This document shows positions 34,206 to 38,851 of a stretch of DNA of 38,851 bases, piece after piece. The DNA is from a virus (taxonomy: Duplodnaviria; Caudoviricetes). The stretch lies in the IMG/VR virus record IMGVR_UViG_3300014208_000079, positions 1 to 38,851 of that record. The stretch is one strand, 5' to 3'. The notes below the pieces were generated by a model. That model was not told where the DNA came from, ran no database searches, and was given only the letters and a program-made list of their open reading frames with translations. The translations under genes and the position numbers were made by a program. The number at the start of each line of letters is the position of its first letter. The first letter of the stretch is position 1.

Positions 34206-35466
34206 TTTTTGAACTTACGACCGATTCCATATCTATAACTCCCTTATCTAATAATTTAGTTTCATGTTGTAAAAATGTAGGTGATTTTGTTTTGGTAATA
34301 TAAGGGGTCATTCCATCAATCCTCATACAAATACCCTCGTCAGGTAGTGTTGGGTGAGATAGTTTGACACAAGTGGTATTCCCTCCATCGTAAAATCGTT
34401 TATCAATAAATTCTTCAACCTTAAAGTCTTTTTTATATCCTCTCCAAAGGACTGGAACATATTTAAGACCTCTTTGTTTGCAAAATTCAACCATCTGATC
34501 AAAAGATAAATCAACTACAAATCCTGTCTCATTAACAAAGGCAACTCGATAAATATATAAGGAAGATAAATTAGTCGTTAAATCATAAGTGTAGTCAGTT
34601 TGGATTGCTCCTCCGGTTGGGGTATAGCCTATTAATTCTCCATAAACTATAAATTGCTCCGGAATTAAGCCCTCGAGCTTTTTGCCTTCTGTAGTCCAAA
34701 TATCCACATCGTAAAAATGCTTCTGATCAGGATTATTAACATCTTTTATTACTTTACGGCTTCCAAAAACATAATCCATCTCTGTTTGCTGAATCTTCAC
34801 TCCGACCTTTTTAAGTAGGCGTTCAAATATATTCAACTTTCTTTTAACAATGGTATTTGCAATTCTAATACTTGTTCCATGAAGCTTTTGAGTGACAATA
34901 AAATAAGCGTTGTCCGGAATTTTATTTGCTACACGAAGATACTGATCGCAGTCTATGTGCTGTGGAATATATTTTTCATCGACTCTTTTAAATTTACGGA
35001 TCTGGTTTAATTGTTTCCCAGGACCATTTGATTCATAAAGAACATATTTTCTACAGATCTCTTTATCGTTAATAAAGTCAAATGTATCGTCTTCTTTTAG
35101 ATCCTTAATTTTAATACCAGTCCACTTGAGGCTTTTAAGTTCAATAAATAAACAGTCACTTCTATGTCCTCTAAATTTAACAGCCTTTACTCTTCGGCTA
35201 TCTTCGATATATCCTTTTTCCTTTGAATTTTTATTTAGTTCAGGGTGTCTAAAAAGATTATTTTCCTTTACAAATTCTGGCGAGAGTTGAGTTTCGGCCG
35301 GAAACATTATACCAAGCGAGCCTTTTTTTATATCTTTTCCAATGATTGCCTGATATCCTAGAATAGTGGTTGCTATTATATTGTCGCAACCCTCCAAAGG
35401 AATAATGTTTGTTATTTTGACAACTGTAGCTGCATAATTTGCGTTTTTAGGTACTTCAAATTTCAT
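34195..35466 (-). CDS. ATP-dependent RNA ligase (DRB0094-like, N-terminal OB/tRNA-binding-like domain)
   Basis: ATVVKI..I.PLEG.D.I; RVKAVKFRG..S; motif I QKLHGTS; YGELIG; VPVLW; EGICMR; KTKS. Confidence 0.9.
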   Translation of the reverse strand: MKFEVPKNANYAATVVKITNIIPLEGCDNIIATTILGYQAIIGKDIKKGSLGIMFPAETQLSPEFVKENNLFRHPELNKNSKEKGYIEDSRRVKAVKFRGHRSDCLFIELKSLKWTGIKIKDLKEDDTFDFINDKEICRKYVLYESNGPGKQLNQIRKFKRVDEKYIPQHIDCDQYLRVANKIPDNAYFIVTQKLHGTSIRIANTIVKRKLNIFERLLKKVGVKIQQTEMDYVFGSRKVIKDVNNPDQKHFYDVDIWTTEGKKLEGLIPEQFIVYGELIGYTPTGGAIQTDYTYDLTTNLSSLYIYRVAFVNETGFVVDLSFDQMVEFCKQRGLKYVPVLWRGYKKDFKVEEFIDKRFYDGGNTTCVKLSHPTLPDEGICMRIDGMTPYITKTKSPTFLQHETKLLDKGVIDMESVVSSKSVN

Positions 35467-35470
35467 ATTA

Positions 35471-35635
35471 TTAGCTTTTATTCATTTCACGTAAACCTAG
35501 GATTATTAATAGAACTATCATCAACCCTGCTAAACATAAATTTATATAACCTAAATATATTTGAGATTGTCTCGAACCCCAAATTAATATATATCCAGTA
35601 AAAATTGTTACAACCAAGTTCCAAAAAGTTTGCAT
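35471..35635 (-). CDS. 54-aa membrane peptide (not in ORF track)
   Basis: MQTFWNLVVTIFTGYILIWG...LCLAGLMIVLLIILGLREMNKS*. Confidence 0.55.
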   Translation of the reverse strand: MQTFWNLVVTIFTGYILIWGSRQSQIYLGYINLCLAGLMIVLLIILGLREMNKS

Positions 35636-35646
35636 ATTAGTTTTTT

Positions 35647-36060
35647 TTAAATTTTCTTATATTCTATTGATTCCACTTTCAATAATTTTTTTATAAATGA
35701 CGTTTTTGGTTTAAACTGCTCGGCAATCCGAGAAACGATAATTGACGCATGATCAACCTTGTCATCGTGAAGTAAATCATTAACTAAAATTTCCATCTGT
35801 TTTTTATCCTTAACGAAAATTACTGGATCTTTAGGCTTTTTGAACATATAGGAAATAATATATTTTGCGCCTTTTGGTTCACCTTGAATTGGTTCAAATC
35901 CATCATCGGCCAATTCCCGAGGAATAAAACTCATGGGTGCGTTTTGCTGTGATTGAAGATAAGCCGATTGTTGAATATAATTTTCACGCATTGATTCGGC
36001 CTGTTCTAACATAGCTTGACTCCATCTCTGTTGGTTAAAAAAAGAACTTTTGCTTTCCAT
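35647..36060 (-). CDS. Hypothetical protein
   Basis: 137-aa ORF with a Q-rich N-terminus. Confidence 0.7.
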   Translation of the reverse strand: MESKSSFFNQQRWSQAMLEQAESMRENYIQQSAYLQSQQNAPMSFIPRELADDGFEPIQGEPKGAKYIISYMFKKPKDPVIFVKDKKQMEILVNDLLHDDKVDHASIIVSRIAEQFKPKTSFIKKLLKVESIEYKKI

Positions 36061-36086
36061 ACATTTTAAATAAATTTATAACTCAT

Positions 36087-36866
36087 TTATAAATCTCCTA
36101 AATAAACCATTTCTTCATCCCAAGCTCCAAGTATCTGCCAAAAGAATCCAAATGGTGATTGAGCTAATAAAATAGGATCACGTTTAGCATTTTTCTTTTG
36201 AAAATCTTCATGTTTGGCGATTATGTAAAAGATAGGTTTTTTATTACAGAGATTGACACACATGTCGGTATATTCTTTCATCGCTCGAATTGCCTCTTTT
36301 GGCATATCTGGAACAAAACCGCTTATTGTAGAACAACGAAGATGACTATTATTACTAATGATTGATTCAACCAATTCACTTGTCGTATGAGGATATTTTT
36401 TAAGAAGAAGTTGGAATTCTGCGATTCTTCCTCGATTTTCCAATCGCTCTAAAATACTTTCGAGTTCCATTCGTCCAAACATAACGTCGCCATTTTCACC
36501 CGTCGAAGGCATTGGGCGACTGAAATCATTTAAATTATGCTTTATTTTTTTTCTTTTACCCATCAAGTCGAGCTTTTCTTTTATTTGAGCTACTTGTTCT
36601 TTTAAATATTCATGATCAACTTTAATAAAGAATTTATTTTTATTCAAGGCTCCCATTTTCCAAAGATTTTTTGGAGAAATAAGAGTTGCGTCTGGACGAA
36701 GTTTTCTTTGATATTTACTCGATCCCTCCATTCCCCCTATAGTTGTTGTAAGCACTTGATTATCTACCAGTCCAAAATTACCACTCAGCAATCCGTGTTG
36801 GGCGAAGTCATACATTACTTCCGGATCTTTCTTGAAAGAAAATAATTCAATCCCAAATAGTTTCAT
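36087..36866 (-). CDS. Conserved phage hypothetical protein
   Basis: C-terminal DPILLAQSPFG..WQILGAWDEE motif. Confidence 0.75.
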   Translation of the reverse strand: MKLFGIELFSFKKDPEVMYDFAQHGLLSGNFGLVDNQVLTTTIGGMEGSSKYQRKLRPDATLISPKNLWKMGALNKNKFFIKVDHEYLKEQVAQIKEKLDLMGKRKKIKHNLNDFSRPMPSTGENGDVMFGRMELESILERLENRGRIAEFQLLLKKYPHTTSELVESIISNNSHLRCSTISGFVPDMPKEAIRAMKEYTDMCVNLCNKKPIFYIIAKHEDFQKKNAKRDPILLAQSPFGFFWQILGAWDEEMVYLGDL

Positions 36867-36898
36867 ATTTAGTATTTAAAATTAATTTAAGTTACGAT

Positions 36899-36957
36899 AA
36901 AATAACTATCTCAAGACTTATCGGCTTCTCGAGTTTCGGATCAAGTGATAGTTATTT
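36899..36957 (-). promoter_or_regulatory. Long hairpin upstream of the leftward accessory operon
   Basis: AAATAACTATC...GATAGTTATTT arms with an inner ACTT/AAGT pairing. Confidence 0.5.
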
Positions 36958-37116
36958 CCCATATATTCTAGAAAAAAACCATAATAAATAGGCGATGGCT
37001 GCAAGAATTAAAAGGGAATATTGTCTAAGAAGATACTGATAAAGGAACCATATTTTATACTGAAACTCCTGTGAGTAAAAATTCGATTTTCTAGTTTTTC
37101 TGAAGGTTTTGTCCAC
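36952..37116 (-). CDS. Possible 54-aa membrane peptide (GTG start; not in ORF track)
   Basis: ...YSLLILAAIAYLLWFFSRIYGK*, just downstream of the leftward promoter. Confidence 0.4.
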   Translation of the reverse strand: MDKTFRKTRKSNFYSQEFQYKIWFLYQYLLRQYSLLILAAIAYLLWFFSRIYGK

Positions 37117-37143
37117 TGTTGTTTAGTGGATTAGTGCGTAATT

Positions 37144-37177
37144 AGTATAACAGACTATATCAAAATGTCAAGGGGTA
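37144..37177 (-). promoter_or_regulatory. Strong leftward sigma70 promoter
   Basis: TACCCC-TTGACA-16nt (with extended TG)-TATACT. Confidence 0.75.
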
Positions 37178-37197
37178 AATTTTCTCTACAAAATGCT

Positions 37198-37500
37198 CTA
37201 AACCCGTTTTTGAGGTTTTTGACTATTTTTCAACTTTACTTTTAATTTGATGTTTTGGGTGTATAACCTGTGATTTTTTTTATCGAGATCTTCTAAATAT
37301 ATAGCAAATTTATTCTCCATGGCTTTATATTCTTTGATTGAAAGTCGACGAATATATATGGTAACCACAATTGCCAATCCATGGCTAATTCCTAGAATCA
37401 TAATGTCAGAAGGGGTCAAAGAAGAATGAAATTTCTTTAAAAAAAGAATTTCTCCTACAAAACCTACGATTATTGCGCTAACTATTGGCGCCGTTTTCAT
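37198..37500 (-). CDS. Two-TM membrane protein co-transcribed with the integrase
   Basis: Two hydrophobic helices and a basic coiled-coil tail. Confidence 0.7.
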   Translation of the reverse strand: MKTAPIVSAIIVGFVGEILFLKKFHSSLTPSDIMILGISHGLAIVVTIYIRRLSIKEYKAMENKFAIYLEDLDKKNHRLYTQNIKLKVKLKNSQKPQKRV

Positions 37501-37530
37501 AGTTAATTTGATAATATATCTTTCAAATTA

Positions 37531-38631
37531 TTAATGCAACCCTACTGTAGACGGCAAAATGGCCTGATAAAGATTAGACGAAAATTGATGTACTGCGTCT
37601 TTTATTTTTAAATAATCAAATCGTTTATCTTCCTCTAACTTAAATCTACGAACCGTGTTTTCAACAAAATTAATAAATTCTCTCGGATTAATATTTCCGC
37701 TAACAAACGGATGACGATACATCCCCTCTTTTATAATTTCATCCGCTATATGAACATAAATCATTGTTGACTTAATATCTTTATGACCCAGAACTTCCTG
37801 GACCACCTTAATGTCACGTGTTGCTGTGTATAAATAAGTAGCATAGGTGTGACGAAGTAAATGACAATGAACCCGTTTTTTAATACCGGCACTTTGTGCG
37901 GCATTTCGTAAATCTTTACTAAAATCAGTGGCGAGAAATTTGTTTCCCCGTAAATTAGTAAAAACTAATTCTTCGTTGTTTTTCTCTTTGATTATTTTTT
38001 TTAGTCGTGAAATAAGGGGTTCAGTAATATATAGATGGCGAATAGACTGATTCTTCTCACGTTTCATTAATATCTTTCCGTTTGGTAAGTCTACAAATTT
38101 AACTTTAAGACGATCCGCTTCATCAAAACTACAACCAGTATAAGCAAGGAACATTCTAAAAGTTTGAATAGCATATTGCAGTTTTAATATTTTATCTCCT
38201 ACGTAGTTTTTTGGTGTAGTATCGGCATAAATAAGCCTTTCGACTTCTTCCTGGCTGAGAATAACGATTTGGGGACTCACCTTTTTAAACGAACTAAACC
38301 CCTCAAAAAAACCATTATAAATCCCTCGATCAATCATATAATGTTTTAAGTACCTAAAAGCAAAAACATAAGTATTAAGAGTATTATTGTTTCTTCCTTT
38401 TTCTTTTAATTCGTAAATAAACTCCTCCATTGAAACCTTATTTATTTCTTTCTTTTTTTGCCGTAGCCAATCAAGGTAAAGATAACACCGGCTCAAGCAA
38501 TGCCGGACGGAGTTCGGAGATAAACTTGCTTTCGTATTTATATACTTCGCAAAGTCGTTTCTATCCATATCTACATGTAGCCATGGGCTACATTCCCACC
38601 CAAATATAACATAAAAAATACCCCTTGACAA
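37531..38631 (-). CDS. int: Tyrosine integrase (true start possibly ATG 38568); box I Arg replaced by Ser
   Basis: SAM-like N-domain; YTGCSFDEA; HCHLLRHTYAT; VQEVLGHKDIKSTMIYVH. Confidence 0.95.
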   Translation of the reverse strand: MSRGIFYVIFGWECSPWLHVDMDRNDFAKYINTKASLSPNSVRHCLSRCYLYLDWLRQKKKEINKVSMEEFIYELKEKGRNNNTLNTYVFAFRYLKHYMIDRGIYNGFFEGFSSFKKVSPQIVILSQEEVERLIYADTTPKNYVGDKILKLQYAIQTFRMFLAYTGCSFDEADRLKVKFVDLPNGKILMKREKNQSIRHLYITEPLISRLKKIIKEKNNEELVFTNLRGNKFLATDFSKDLRNAAQSAGIKKRVHCHLLRHTYATYLYTATRDIKVVQEVLGHKDIKSTMIYVHIADEIIKEGMYRHPFVSGNINPREFINFVENTVRRFKLEEDKRFDYLKIKDAVHQFSSNLYQAILPSTVGLH

Positions 38632-38653
38632 CCAATTATTTTTCTGTTTAAAT
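38619..38653 (+). promoter_or_regulatory. Putative rightward promoter pointing toward the att site
   Basis: TACCCC-TTGACA-17nt (with TG)-TTAAAT; the 12-bp -35 region is identical to that of the promoter at 37166-37177. Confidence 0.5.
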
Positions 38654-38709
38654 GAAATTATAGGGTCTTTTAAAAGAAGGTTTAAAGAAGTAGTTTTGAA
38701 AGTTTAGCC

Positions 38710-38850
38710 TCATTTCTTCCTCAAGAAAGCCGGAATGTCAAACTCTGAGGAGTCGTCATCAATAAATTCCTCTTCATTGTTTAAAATTTCCTTTTCATTT
38801 TTTTCTTCGTTTTTTTTCGCCATATCACTTATTTTTTGCGGAGTAGGCTC
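38710..38850 (-). CDS. ftsZ: Cell division protein FtsZ, 3' end (partial, host gene)
   Basis: EPTPQKISDMAKKNEEKNEKEILNNEEEFIDDDSSEFDIPAFLRKK*: disordered linker plus the conserved DIPxFLR C-terminal peptide. Confidence 0.9.
   Translation of the reverse strand, partial: EPTPQKISDMAKKNEEKNEKEILNNEEEFIDDDSSEFDIPAFLRKK
38712..38740. repeat. Right att site (putative 29-bp core encoding the FtsZ tail)
   Basis: The last 9 bp match positions 1-9; the segment is bracketed by the inverted arms when attP is reconstructed. Confidence 0.65.
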
Positions 38851-38851
38851 C

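Larger units (their letters stand above)
1..38740. mobile_element. Prophage (temperate, podovirus-like morphology) integrated in the 3' end of ftsZ
   Basis: Integrase, terminase, portal, scaffold, capsid, short-tail and lysis genes, with no tape-measure or tail-tube gene. GGAATGTCA occurs at 1-9 and 38732-38740, and host ftsZ lies at the right edge. Confidence 0.95.

Noticed and set aside
2214-36845. Short antisense or nested ORFs in the track (e.g. 2214-2396, 3162-3374, 4997-5179, 7977-8348, 8616-8870, 11344-11526, 23401-23635, 31939-32712, 36612-36845)
   Set aside because: They overlap longer genes with recognisable motifs, lack motifs of their own, and break operon logic.

Overview
The window is an apparently complete, AT-rich, ~38.7 kb temperate podovirus-type prophage in genetic code 11. 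It is inserted into the last codons of the host ftsZ gene: the right edge encodes ...DDDSSEFDIPAFLRKK*, and the 9 bp GGAATGTCA from that motif recurs at position 1, where the window edge truncates it. A Patescibacteria/CPR-like host is suggested by weak SD use, a leaderless transcript and protein styles, but this is inference only. The layout has three parts. (1) A short rightward early operon: ERF recombinase, a replication-initiator/transglycosylase fusion, a Holliday-junction resolvase and an acidic peptide. (2) A long leftward region: tyrosine integrase with Arg->Ser at the box I catalytic site; an RNA-repair cluster (RNA ligase, RlaP-type nucleotidyltransferase, tRNA-Trp, an unannotated ~280-nt highly structured RNA, PseT-like PNK/phosphatase); TerS; a TerL split into two genes; portal, scaffold and major capsid; three glycosyltransferases; ejection/polyvalent proteins; short-tail genes; M23 lysin and holin; a metallophosphoesterase; and a second tRNA-Trp. 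(3) A two-gene moron on the opposite strand. The most novel signals are the structured ncRNA inside the RNA-repair/tRNA cassette, a promoter-leader-terminator element repeated before each late operon (candidate antitermination system), integration into the FtsZ C-terminal peptide with an attP that may separate an early promoter from its genes, and two tRNA-Trp genes with opposite (bacterial versus archaeal-type) identity elements. All family assignments come from motif recognition by eye; no database search was run.
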